From Paraspadella gotoi (taxonomy: Eukaryota; Animalia; Chaetognatha): 64,000 nucleotides of DNA. The notes below the pieces were generated by a model. The model saw nothing but the letters and a program-made list of their open reading frames with translations, was not told the DNA's origin and did no database searches. The position numbers and the translations under genes are program-made. Below are positions 40,569-64,000 of this stretch, in pieces; the stretch's first letter is position 1, and the number at the start of each line of letters is the position of its first letter. The stretch is from NCBI GenBank assembly GCA_051294375.1, contig CM119269.1:9794782-9858781 (forward strand). Reading direction: 5' to 3'.

Positions 40569-41081
40569 GGAAGGAGAAAAGGAGTGAAGGCAGCTTTTAG
40601 AATCCATCGAAAAAATATCTTCTATTCGCTAAACCTGTAGACTCGTTACGGTCTGTCAAGTCTAAACATTGTCACCTTGGGATTCTCAGCACTTCTCTTT
40701 CCAATGTCTTCTTTAAAAACTGTCAGCAATTCTCTCTCCACTGTCATCTCGTTTGTCACCTTCAAAACTATCTGCGCTTGTCTCTTCACCATCATATCTT
40801 TTTGTCACCTTTAAAACTGTCAACACTTTTCTCCACCGTCATTTCCTTTGTCATCTTCAAAACATCTCAGGAATTCTTTCCACCGTCTGTTGGAGACGTG
40901 AAGAGGATCCGTCAAAGACTCTGAACTTACCCATGTGACATTCACATTCACACCGTCATCTCCTTGGTCACTTCAAAACCGTGAGCGCCTCTCCAACGTC
41001 AATCGTATCGTCGTCGTCTTGATCCATCGATTCGAAGGCCGCCTCCATCTTCTCCAAGACGCGTCGACCGATGACGAACAT
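38831..41081 (-). CDS. Calmodulin-like 4-EF-hand protein C with an acidic tract and PKPT-repeat tail
   Basis: Exons 40954-41081 (MEAAFESMDQDDDDTIDVGEA), 40288-40482 (LDVVEF...ALRAFAKHD...RLDREEFKVAMKSIG), 39224-39483 (DISAIFVAGDKDSSGFLSQTEF plus D/E tract), a possible micro-exon at ~39094-39119, and 38831-38978 (KPKPEPTPRPKPVEPSPKPTPKPTPAP*). A possible extra 5' exon lies at ~41513-41532. Confidence 0.75.
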
Positions 41082-41194
41082 CTTCGGGGATTAATTAATA
41101 AATGAGATGAATTAATTAATTTAATTAATGCGATTCATCGGTTAGATAGAGTGTGGCTTTAGTAAACGAGTCATTTGTTAAACTAATTAAGTTT

Positions 41195-41360
41195 AACTCT
41201 ATATTTGGGCTGTATGTTGACTTGGATATAACGATATAGCGTATCGGATCCGGGGCTTTGAAACCTGGGTTGGGGTTTTACGCGCTCCCAACGCTTGGCT
41301 GAAGGGCATCTACCGGGTAGGGATCGACCCCGGTAGCTTAGGGTCAGGAGATGATTCCTT
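41195..41360 (-). mobile_element. Degraded relative of the repeat at 52940-53170
   Basis: Shares TTGGG...AAAACCCCAA-c-CCaGG-TTtC-AAaGC-CCcGG and TACAGCCC segments with that element; tRNA-like head. Confidence 0.45.
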
Positions 41361-41722
41361 CAATCAATTCATTTAATCACGATTCAGGAAACCACGATTA
41401 GGATGAACTGGGCAATGCCCGCTACATTTACTGGTAAAAGTCACGTGGACCAATAGGATATTTTAAATTATTGATAATAAATTAAAATGGACAATGAAAT
41501 ACTCGTACTCACGTCCTCTTCGTGTCATCCATTCTGGTTCAGAATTGATGACCTTAAAAAACAGATTATAAAATCCGAAGTTTAAATTCGAAATTTATGT
41601 CGTAAGGCGAACGGAAAAATCAGCGCGGAATTTTGACGAAAAACGAGTTTATGAAAAAACTAACCGTTTTAACGCAATTGAGAAATTCTGTTGAAACCTG
41701 ATTCAAGTTAGAGAGAGTCGGG

Positions 41723-41787
<65 letters not shown>

Positions 41788-41897
41788 AGAGAGGAGAGAG
41801 AGAGAGAGACACGAGAACCACTCGAGTAAATCTGATTGGTTGTCCCGTTTCGAGCCGCATCAAAGGTAAGTTGCTCCGAGTTCTCGAATTACCTTAC

Positions 41898-41973
<76 letters not shown>

Positions 41974-42479
41974 ATTTGAGGAGGTATTTTTAGTATTTAA
42001 GGGTTCTATACTGCAGCAACCGACGCAATCTGAACTGTATTAATTTTAATTACACAAATATTTAGAAATCTTTAGAAATCTTTAGAAATCTTTACAAATC
42101 TTTATAAATCTTTGTGAAACAAAATTTTTCAAGGAAATTATTATTTACTTGGTTCCTTCCTCCTCTCCCTTTATCCTTTTCTTCTCCATCTTTCTCTCCT
42201 CCCTCCATACTTCCCTTCTCTCCCTCTCTCTCCCCTCCCCCCTCTTTCACCATTTTACCTCTCCACCACCACTCCATCTAATTTTAATTACATAAATAAT
42301 ACAGACTTTTAGACTCATCCTTATTTAGCCACACTTTGACAAAACAGAAATACAAAGACGACCAAAAACTAATAATTTCTTTTAGTCTCGCTTTTAGAAA
42401 TTCAATACTTTCGTCACTTTCTAATCTCTTTCTCTCTTCTCTTCCTACCCCCTCCCCCCTCCACTCCCCCCTCATTCAG

Positions 42480-54299
<11,820 letters not shown>

Positions 54300-55307
54300 N
54301 NNNNNNNNNNNNNNNNNNNNNNNNGGGGCGAAAAGAGAGGGGGAAGTAATTAAAAGAGAGGAGAAAAGGAAAAAAAAAGATAGAGGGGAAGTTGAGATGA
54401 GAGAGGACGAAAAGAGAGTAAAGAAAGAGGACGACTCACCGATGATTTGAATCACGAAATTTTTTGTTGAGTGAAACTCAACAGCAGCTTCTTTCCATTC
54501 GGTGCCCATGGATTTGTTTTGGCTGAGAAAACAAAAACAAAGTTAAGAAGCNNNNNNNNNNNNNNNNNNNNNNNNNNNNNNNNNNNNNNNNNNNNNNNNN
54601 NNNNNNNNNNNNNNNNNNNNNNNNNNNNNNNNNNNNNNNNNNNNNNNNNNNNNNNNNNNNNNNNNNNNNNNNNNNNNNNNNNNNNNNNNNNNNNNNNNNN
54701 NNNNNNNNNNNNNNNNNNNNNNNNNNNNNNNNNNNNNNNNNGGAAGAGTAGTAAAGGGTCTTCATCCCCAGTCCAGAGAAAAGCCTTCAGCGAACCAATT
54801 GACTGTCCGTTCATGTGATAAGCGAATTGAAGGCAGCCAATCTTCATGGGAGTGTAAACCGTGGAGGCGAACCTGGATGATCAATCAATCAAACAATCAA
54901 TCAATCAATCAAACAATAAAAAAACCCAAATAATTTACCAAACAGCGATTATATCAAAAAATTAACCAATCAATCAAACATTTAAACCATCGTTTAAAAC
55001 GATCAATTAATCTGACACTAAATCAATCAATCACCTAATTAATTATCTTTATCATTTAAACAATATGTTAGTCAGTCAGTCGGTCAATGAATAAACCGAA
55101 CAATCAGTCANNNNNNNNNNNNNNNNNNNNNNNNNNNNNNNNNNNNNNNNNNNNNNNNNNNNNNNNNNNNNNNNNNNNNNNNNNNNNNNNNNNNNNNNNN
55201 NNNNNNNNNNNNNNNNNNNNNNNNNNNNNNNNNNNNNNNNNNNNNNNNNNNNNNNNNNNNNNNNNNNNNNNNNNNNNNNNNNNNNNNNNNNNNNNNNNNN
55301 NNNNNNC

Positions 55308-55529
<222 letters not shown>

Positions 55530-58272
55530 TCACCCCGTCTATAAGACTCATTGAGTAATACCATCAGCTCATAACCATGAGGTGTACCGGGAATCGTTAG
55601 GACGGCCGTAAACCGCCTTGGGGGCCCGGAAAAACCCCAAGCCTGGTTCCAAGCCCAGGGCACGTTCAAAGGCTGCTAGAGGCGGTTAAAGAAGTTGCGG
55701 ATAGCGCTCTACAGCCCCACTTAGCGCCTTGCACATTTTTAAGTTTAATAATGAGGTTAAAGATGAGGGATAAGGAGTAGGTTGTGGATTTTATTTAGGT
55801 TTTGGTTAGAGTTATGGTTTAAGCTTTAAGGTTAAAAAATAAAGCTTAGTATTATGGTGGACTAAAATCCACCAACCGTTCATCAAATTTTTTCAAATTA
55901 TCTAAATTTTATTTTATTTATTAAAGTTTATTTATTAATAAAATTTTAATCTCTTAAATTATATATTTCCTAAATTTCTTCTTTCTTTTAATTTTTCTCT
56001 TTTGTTTTATTCATTATCTCTTTATTAATCCCACAAACTTCACCCCCCTCACTTTTTTAAAAACTCCTTTTCATTTTTAATACAACTCCTATTTACCTCT
56101 CCACTCCACTTCCAATTTTACTCCACTGTCATAAATCCATGCCCTCTTAACCACTTCACCTTCGCCACCTGTTCTTTCCCTTTTCAAAAATACTAATTTT
56201 TCCCTTATTCCAATTCCGATTCTAAATCATCTATCTTCTTCTTTTTTCTCAACCTCTCCTTTATTCCTAATTCAAAAATTTTCTTTTCTCATATTAAATT
56301 TTAAATTTTCATTTTTTTTAATTCTTCCCATTATCTACATCACCTTCCTCAATCATTTCCTTTTTTAATTATTTTTTATGAAAAAAATAAGATAGTTTTT
56401 AAACGAGTTATTTAAAAATACGTCATTTAAATATCATTAAACATATATCACAAATAATTATATATCAATCATGAGTTTTTTTTATCTTCCACTACAATTT
56501 AAAGTCGTACGTTCTCCATTTCCAAACGTCAGAATGGAAGTCCATTAGTACTGTGGTGTGTAAACACACGCACTGGTATGTTTTTTTCCCCCTCTTTAGT
56601 CCCAAAGTTTACGTACGCTTAAGCTTTATGTTGTTTTTTATACACGCTCACAGTTAGTTAATCTTTTAACTTCATAATATGTTTCGTACGTAACTTTTTT
56701 TTTTTTTTTAATATAGTATATTAAATAATCATTAAAAACCATTCAGTCCGCAACACCCATTCTTCACCCTTATAGTCGCAAATAGGGGTACGATCGTACC
56801 GCCACGTCATTATCCGCCTCTGTCAAGTTTTTTCTCCCACGTGTTTTCACTTTTTTCTACGGTCGGTAGGGTTCCAGTATCGAAAAAGGTAAAAGTCGTC
56901 CAGGTCTAAGTCCCGTCGTCTCAACGTTTACAGTTTTTGGTTTTCCTTATTAGTTGTCACGGGGGTTTTGGATGGTATAGGTGAAGTTAAGTATGTCTAG
57001 AGATAATTATTTAAATTAGAGTTAAATTAGTCATCTTAAATATTCTAAACCTGAGATTTATACTAAACTAATCATTCTACCTTATAACATTCAATTACAC
57101 GATCCAAGAAATTAAACGAAATATGCAAGAGTTTAACCGATGTTATTTTTAACCATTAATGATTAACCATGCGACATACAGCTATTATCACCTCTTTATA
57201 TTTGTCTTCACCTTTATAAAAAACTAATCTATTTTTAATTTTTAAAGTTTTCTCTTCGGTACCTTTATGAATTTTCTAATTCAATCACTTTCAAAGCCAA
57301 CCCTAATTATATCGTAATAATTCACATCGCCATTAATTACCCTCACCAATAATTAAATTTGATTAATTTCTACCTTACCTTAACTAAATCCAAAATCTTT
57401 TCCACTCGTCCCTATTGATTCTTGTCCAATTCCAATTTTGTCTCTCCATCCTTCAACTCTTGGATAACTTCCACATTCTGTACCTTAATTCATTTGTATT
57501 AAATTAAAAAAAATATTAGAAAAAATCTTAACTTTAACAAAATACAACAAAAATAAATCGTCTCTTCAACATAAGACAATTTAATCCCCTCCAATATAAA
57601 GAAAAATCTGCCAATCTCATCACCTTAAAATGTTCATATAAATCTTTAAAGTTAATCCCAATGTGTTAACCATAATTCTGTAACCCAAAATCCATCATGC
57701 AACCCGTCCCGTCTGTTTTAAAATGTACTCTCCAACACGGCCACCTGTATTGTTGAATTGTAGGAAATTATTTTTATCGTTTTCGTCTAAGGTTCAATTA
57801 ATTACTTCTCCCTTCGTCTTTCTCTCCTCGACCCCCCCTCGTTCAACTCACGTACGTCAGTCTCATTACCAACTCATGATTCCCGGTCTCGTATTAATTT
57901 CCAGGAGTAGTCGCTATTTGTCCAGGGTGTGTTTTCGTATCTTACCGTGAAGTTTGTTCGTGTGTTTACCCACTTTTATTGACGATTTAAGGGGCCTTGT
58001 CTGGTTCCTTAAAAGGTGTTAATTGAAAAAAAAAAGTAAGATAATGGGGAAAAAAAAATTTGACTAAACATACATTCATATAATTATAAATACAAAACAT
58101 TTATTCATCTTTATACAGACGTTAAGGGAAAAACAAATTTCGTTTTCCCAATATTTCGACATATTTTTTAGGTCATCGTAATTAAACCTATAATTATGAA
58201 AGAGAGAAAAAGTGAGAGAGAGATTGAGAAAGAGTGTGTGGTGTGAGAGGGAGATGAGAGAGGAGAGAGAGG

Positions 58273-58324
<52 letters not shown>

Positions 58325-58760
58325 TACCGCAATACAAAGAGTTACGATAACTTATATTCCAGTGTATTGACAAATCTCCCATTTATGAAATCTTTCTCGT
58401 TCCAATCCCTTATCTCTTCTCCCCTCTCTGCCCTCTCCCATCTTCCCACTCTCTCTGCCTCTCCCCCTCTCTGCCCTCTCCATCTCCCATCTCTGCCTCA
58501 CTCCCATCTCCCCTCTCTGACCCTCTCCAATCTCCCCCTCTCTGCACTCTGCCATCTCCCCCTCCTACTTGCCCCTCCCATCTCACCCATCTCTGCCTTT
58601 TCATCTCCCCCCTCATATCCCCCCTCTCTCCCCTCTCCCATTCTCAACCTCTTTATGCCGCTCTCCATATCCCCCTATCTCCCTTCCCATATCCCCCTCT
58701 CTCCCTCTCCCATCTCCGCATTCACTCCTCCCTCTCCCCTCTTCCCCCTCCCCTCCTCAC

Positions 58761-59362
58761 CTTCCACCCGCACATCCCCGATCCCGCGTCCTCAAAGTCG
58801 CAGGTTCCGCAGAATCTCTCGTCGGTTCCGTTGATGCAATCGACTTCGAAGTCGCAGACTTTGGAGGCGTCGATCGTCTGGTGCGCCGCAATCGATTCGG
58901 CCGCCGCCGCCGGTGGAGGGACAGGCGGTGGGGGAAAGCAGAAGGTCGTCGATGGCGATGTCCGATGCGAAGTCGGTGCCCACTTCGCCTGGGGGGGGTG
59001 GAGGGAAGGAGGGGGGAGATGAGGAAAAGAGAGAGGAGATGAGGAAAGTAATAAAAAAAATTTGCATTTAAGGAGGTGGGGGCGAAAAGAGAGGGGGAAG
59101 TAATTAAAAGAGAGGAGAAAAGGAAAAAAAAAGATAGAGGGGAAGGTGGGGTGAGAGAGGACGAAAAGAGAGTAAAGAAAGAGGACAACACATTTTGCAT
59201 TGTGTATTTTTCAATCAAAGTCACAATGTTAATGTGAGAATTAACTGACTCACCGATGATTTGAATCACGAAATTTTTTGTTGAGTGAAACTCAACAGCG
59301 AGCTTCTTTCCATTCGGTGCCCATGATTGTTTTGGCTGAGAAAACAAAAACAAAGTTAAGAA

Positions 59363-59407
<45 letters not shown>

Positions 59408-62187
59408 ACTGGAAGAGTAGTAAAGGGTCTTCATCCCCAGTCCAGAGAAAAGCCTTCAGCGAACCAATTGACTGTCCGTTCATGTGATAAGCGAATTGAA
59501 GGCAGCCAATCTTCATGGAGTGTAAACCGTGGAGGCGAACCTGGATGATCAATCAATCAAACAATCAAAAAACCCAAACAATTTATCAAACAGCGATTCT
59601 ATCAAAAAATTAACCAATCAATCAAACATTTAAACCATCGTTTAAAAACGATCAATTAATCTGACACTAAACCAATCAATCACCTAATTAATTATCTTTA
59701 TCATTTAAACAGTATGTTTGTCAGTCAGTCGGTCAATGAATAAACCGAACAATCAGTCAAATTAATATTTAACCAACAAATCAAACAACTAACCAATAGA
59801 TCAACCAATAAATCTCACCAAGCAACGCCGCCGGGCTGTTTCCCAGACGCCTCAATGTATAGTAAGTGTCCTTCCGCCGGGTGGCCGATCGTGTATCTAC
59901 CGAGGGACCAAGTCGCGCCGGAAGGGGTCTCCCCGAAGTGGACCGTCCAGTCGAAGTCGTCCAAGTCCTGCAAGAAGGATGATTTATGGTCCATTATTTT
60001 TCAAAAGCGACTAATTTTAAACTTAAATTCAGAAATATGTTTGTTTTGCAGTTGGCATTGCAATACGTTCAGTAGTTCACCCCGTCTATAAGACTCATTG
60101 AGTAATACCATCAGCTCATAACATTAGGTGTACCGGGAATCGTTAGGACGGCCGTAAACCGCCTTGGGGGCCCGGAAAAACCCCAAGCCTGGTTCCAAGC
60201 CCAGGGCACGTTCAAAGGCTGCTAAGAGCGGTAAAAGAAGTTGCGGATAGCGCTCTACAGCCCCACTTAGCGCCTTGCACATTTTTAAGTTTAATGATGA
60301 GGTTAAAGATGAGGGATTAAGGAGTAGGTTGTGGATTTTTATTTAGTTTTGGTTAGAGTTATGGTTTAAGTTTAAGGTTAAAAAATAAAGCTTAGTATTA
60401 TGGTGGACTAAAATCCACCAACCGTTCATCAGGTGGCCATTGGTGCCGGAGGCAAGTCATTCGCCTCCCAACCAAAGGTCCGGGGTTCCAGCCCGGTGCC
60501 GCCTAGCAGTTAAGAGGGACGGGGCGCTTAACCCGCCTGTAACACGGTGTTACAGCCTGATCCGAAGCTCAGGGACTGCTTATATGAACGGTTCTTGTCC
60601 ANNNNNNNNNNNNNNNNNNNNNNNNNGGTGGCCATTGGTGCCCGGAGGCAGTCATTTCGCCTCCCAACCAAAAGGTCCGGGGGTTCTAGCAGTTTAAGAG
60701 GGACGGGTGCGCTTAACTCGCCTGTAACACGTGTACAGCCTGATCGAAGCTCGGGACTGCTTATATGAACGGTTCTGTCATTAAACACTTATCAAGTAAT
60801 TACTGTCTCTTCAGTATTATGGTTAGAGACTAGGGGTTAAAAATTATGGATTAGGGATAAGGATTGATTAATCTTTTAGAAAAAAAGATAAAATTAGATA
60901 TTTAAGTCAATTTGAAGTTTAAGGGACCCAGTGATAAAAATGATATTCATAAGCTTAAGGGGTCTATCATCAAAGGATTTGAATGGGTGATAGTCATTAA
61001 TTTTTCTTTGCACGGGAAAGTTGGCAAAAAAATTGCCTATCTCTATATTGTACGGAACAAAAATTTAATAATTATGAAAAAAAATTTAGTTGAACCCGTA
61101 CCTAAATATTTATTATAATCCATTATTTTATTTTTGCATTAGAAAGTATTTTTTACTAAATTCCAATTCTTTTATTTTTTACTGTACAAAGCTATAATTT
61201 TAGGTTTAAGCCTCATTGAACAAAGCTTTACAAGACTAATATTTTTTATATTTTTATATTTACTTAAAAGCAGACAAAATCAAATCTTAAATTCTTATTC
61301 TTACAGAAACAAAACTGTAATAATTATTAATTATATTCATATTCATCCCTTAAATGTATAATTAAACTATATTGATTCCTAATTATAACAATTAAAAATT
61401 AGCAAAGTACAGAATCTTTCTCTTTCTTTTATATTTATATTACTTCAAAGAATTTTTATTTTTCATCCAATTAACAGAATCATTTGAAAAGAAGAGTTTA
61501 AATAAAAATCAGTCGATACCTTAAATTTTGATTCATTCCTAGTTTTTTTCTTATTAAAATTTTTGTGATAAAGCCTGAAAATCTTTTTAAAATTAGATCT
61601 ACCCTTTTTTGGAAAAAAAAAATTTTAAACTGAAAAAGATTTTCTTCTTACCAATTTTTTAAAGAAAATTAAAGCGTCGCTGATTTATCGAATTTTTTAC
61701 TACTTTCCAAATGATTATAGAAAGCAAAAATTATATGATCAGAACCAGCTTAAGTTAAAGGTCAAACGTTATGTTTTTCAGCTTTTTACCCCCCCTGTTC
61801 ACTTGGTCCCCTTAAGGATTAGCAATATTTTTCTTTACCTGAATGTTGTGCCAGAGACAATATTCATCCTCAAAATTGCAGTAGCCAGAAGGAGGACATT
61901 CGCCCTCAGCGATAAATACGTCATCCAGTCCTGAATATTTATTTAAAATTAATTAATAAATATAAAACAGTTTTAATGGTTGGAGATCGATTGAATTAGA
62001 ACTTACTCAAATATAATTAATATTTATTTTGTCGTATCCCTTAATTTAATTTTAACCTTAAAATTTAACCTAAACTGTAAACATGTTCTTAACCTAATCT
62101 TGAACCCTAACCTGATCCTAACCCTGACCAAATAAACTTACCGATGTATCCTCTTGGTCCAAGTCCGATCTCAGCCTCGAATTCGAT
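58761..62187 (-). CDS. MAM/LDLa protein exons, minus-strand copy linking the upstream and middle blocks
   Basis: Same exons as 51226-54299, plus the complete exon ~58761-58988 (GEVGTDFASDIAIDD...KVCDFEVDCINGTDERFCGTCDFEDAGSGMCGWK), which continues into DTSKGPFKW. Confidence 0.8.
60505..60580 (+). ncRNA. Twister-like ribozyme fold (P5-type permutation, atypical P1/P2)
   Basis: AGCAGUU-AAGA-GG-GA-CGG-GGCGCU-UAA-CCC-GC-C-[UGUAACA cgg UGUUACA]-G-[CCUGA U CCG AAGC UCAGG]-GACUGCU; T1 CCG/CGG and T2 GC/GC are possible. Confidence 0.55.
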
Positions 62188-63381
62188 CTGGAGGAGGAGG
62201 GGGAAGATGAGGAGAAGAAGAAAAGAAGAGAAGAGGGAGAGGAGATAGAGGAAAAGGAGGAGGGGGAGCCACGGAGAAAGGAGAGAAAAGTTAGGGTAGC
62301 GCGTATGAGAGAGGAAAGAAAGATAGAGGAGAGAGGAAAAAAAAGGTCAGCTTAATTTAACTTCCTCGTTCAGCCAATCATTTCGTCTCTATAACCCGAC
62401 GCAGCTGATTGGTCGAAATACAAAAACCTTAGAAAATCGAAATCGACACTCGGAATGCTCGTTCCGTCCCCCGCTACGTTAATTTTTCATTTTACATTTT
62501 CAAGTTATTATTAGGTCTTAGTTACTTTATTTTTTAAACAATTTTTTTTCTCTCGGTTTTAAGATTTTAAGGTTTTTAAGTTTCGAAAACGTAGTAATTT
62601 GAGCGATAACAGAGAGCGAGATAACGATAGCTAGAGAGGGACAAGAGTCGCAATGCCTGGCGAAGCAGAGCGCGAAGCTTGGGAGGAGGCCTGGCGATGC
62701 ATCTGCAAAGGAATTCCGAGGAGAAGAAGACGGACGATTGCAGCATCTGGATGTCAGAGTATTATTGCAAATCTGCAATGAATTGGGTGAGAGAGAGAAA
62801 GAGAGAGAGAGAGACTCATATGATGTCTTTCAAAAATCTTGATTTTTGTTTATTCAAATCATTGACATATTTCGCGATGAAAATGATGAAAATGAAGACG
62901 ATATGGTGGACTAAAATCCACCAACCGTTCGTCAGCCGGCCATTGGTGCCGAGGCAAGTCGTTCACCTCTCCAACCCCAAAAGGTCCGGGTTCTAGCCCG
63001 GTGGCCGCCTAGCAGTTAAGAGGGACCGGGCGCTTAACCCGCCGTGTAACACGGTGTTACAGCCTGATCCGAAGCTCAGGGACTGCTTATATCAACGTTC
63101 TTCGCTAACACATAACAATTATCACTATCTCCTCAACGATGAACACAATGATTTCGATGATGCTGAGGATTTATTTTCCTCGCCAGAGAAGAAATTCGCA
63201 CAAGAAAGGAAAACAACAGCGAAACTGAAGAAGAAGAAAAAGAGAAGAATTCGATGAACGCGAACAAACACAAGCAATCGGCGAGTGAGCAGCAAAAGGT
63301 GAGTCGGTCGCTCTCTCTCTCTCTTTTTGCAATAAGACTCCAACTCCCGTTCAAATTATCGTTTATCGTTCTCTCTCTCTC

Positions 63382-63449
<68 letters not shown>

Positions 63450-64000
63450 ATCAGGCGCCAAGAAGATAGAGGGCGCGCCACGACATGGACGCTCTCCTCT
63501 CCACGGCGGAGAAATCCCTCATGAAAAGAGTGCAACTTCGAGGGAAAAGAATTTCGTGGGGAAAACTTGGTTCATGGGATTTCCAGGGGGAACTTCCTTC
63601 CCGCCAATGAGGGTGAGTTTGGGAAACTCTCTCTTTTCTGTCATTAACACTTATCAATACTTACTGTCTCTTCAGTATTATGGTTACAGACTAGGGGTTA
63701 AAATTATGGATTAGGGATAAGGATTGGATTAATCTTTTAGAAAAAAGATTAAAATTAGATATTTAAGTCAATTTGAAGTTTTAAGGATTAGCAATATTTT
63801 TCTTTACCTGAATGTTGTGCCAGAGACAATATTCATCCTCAAAATTGCAGTAGCCAGAAGGAGGACATTCGCCCTCAGCGATAAATACGTCATCCAGTCC
63901 TGAATATTTATTTAAAATTAATTAATAAATATAAAACAGTTTTAATGGTTGGAGATCGATTGAATTAGAACTTACTCAAATATAATTTAATATTTATTTT

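Noticed and set aside
60520-60575. Twister-sister or pistol interpretation of the family 1 fold
   Set aside because: The GGCGCUUAA resemblance is local only; the 8-nt loop U-NNN-AAGC with a T1 partner fits twister, and the other consensus elements are absent.

Overview
AT-rich, microsatellite-rich metazoan genomic DNA from a draft long-read assembly, with many indel errors, N-gaps and what look like uncollapsed haplotype copies. The backbone is a large multi-exon MAM/LDLa-repeat gene (MALRD1/MAMDC4-like). Its exons join by protein continuity but lie in two orientations: + at 42.5-54.3 kb, and - at 62.2-58.8, 37.6-32.1 and 16.4-12.4 kb. Its introns hold antisense nested gene pairs: two calmodulin-like paralogs with large charged insertions, and two paralogs of an unrecognised small-protein family, one with tRNA-Ser(GCT) in its own intron. 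A third EF-hand gene and an Ig/mucin-stalk/TM gene lie beside it. Mobile DNA includes an inverted Penelope-like repeat pair with two minimal hammerhead ribozymes, a Transib-like element with RSS-like ends, a TTAA Kolobok-like element and a 6.4-kb non-autonomous LTR-type element; the last two have empty-site copies in the window. The most interesting signal is two tRNA-headed repeat families of unrelated sequence. Both carry an identically spaced, covarying twister-ribozyme-like fold in which P1 is replaced by a 6-nt palindrome, suggesting a possibly dimer-dependent twister variant. All RNA structures and translations were done by eye and need computational and experimental confirmation.
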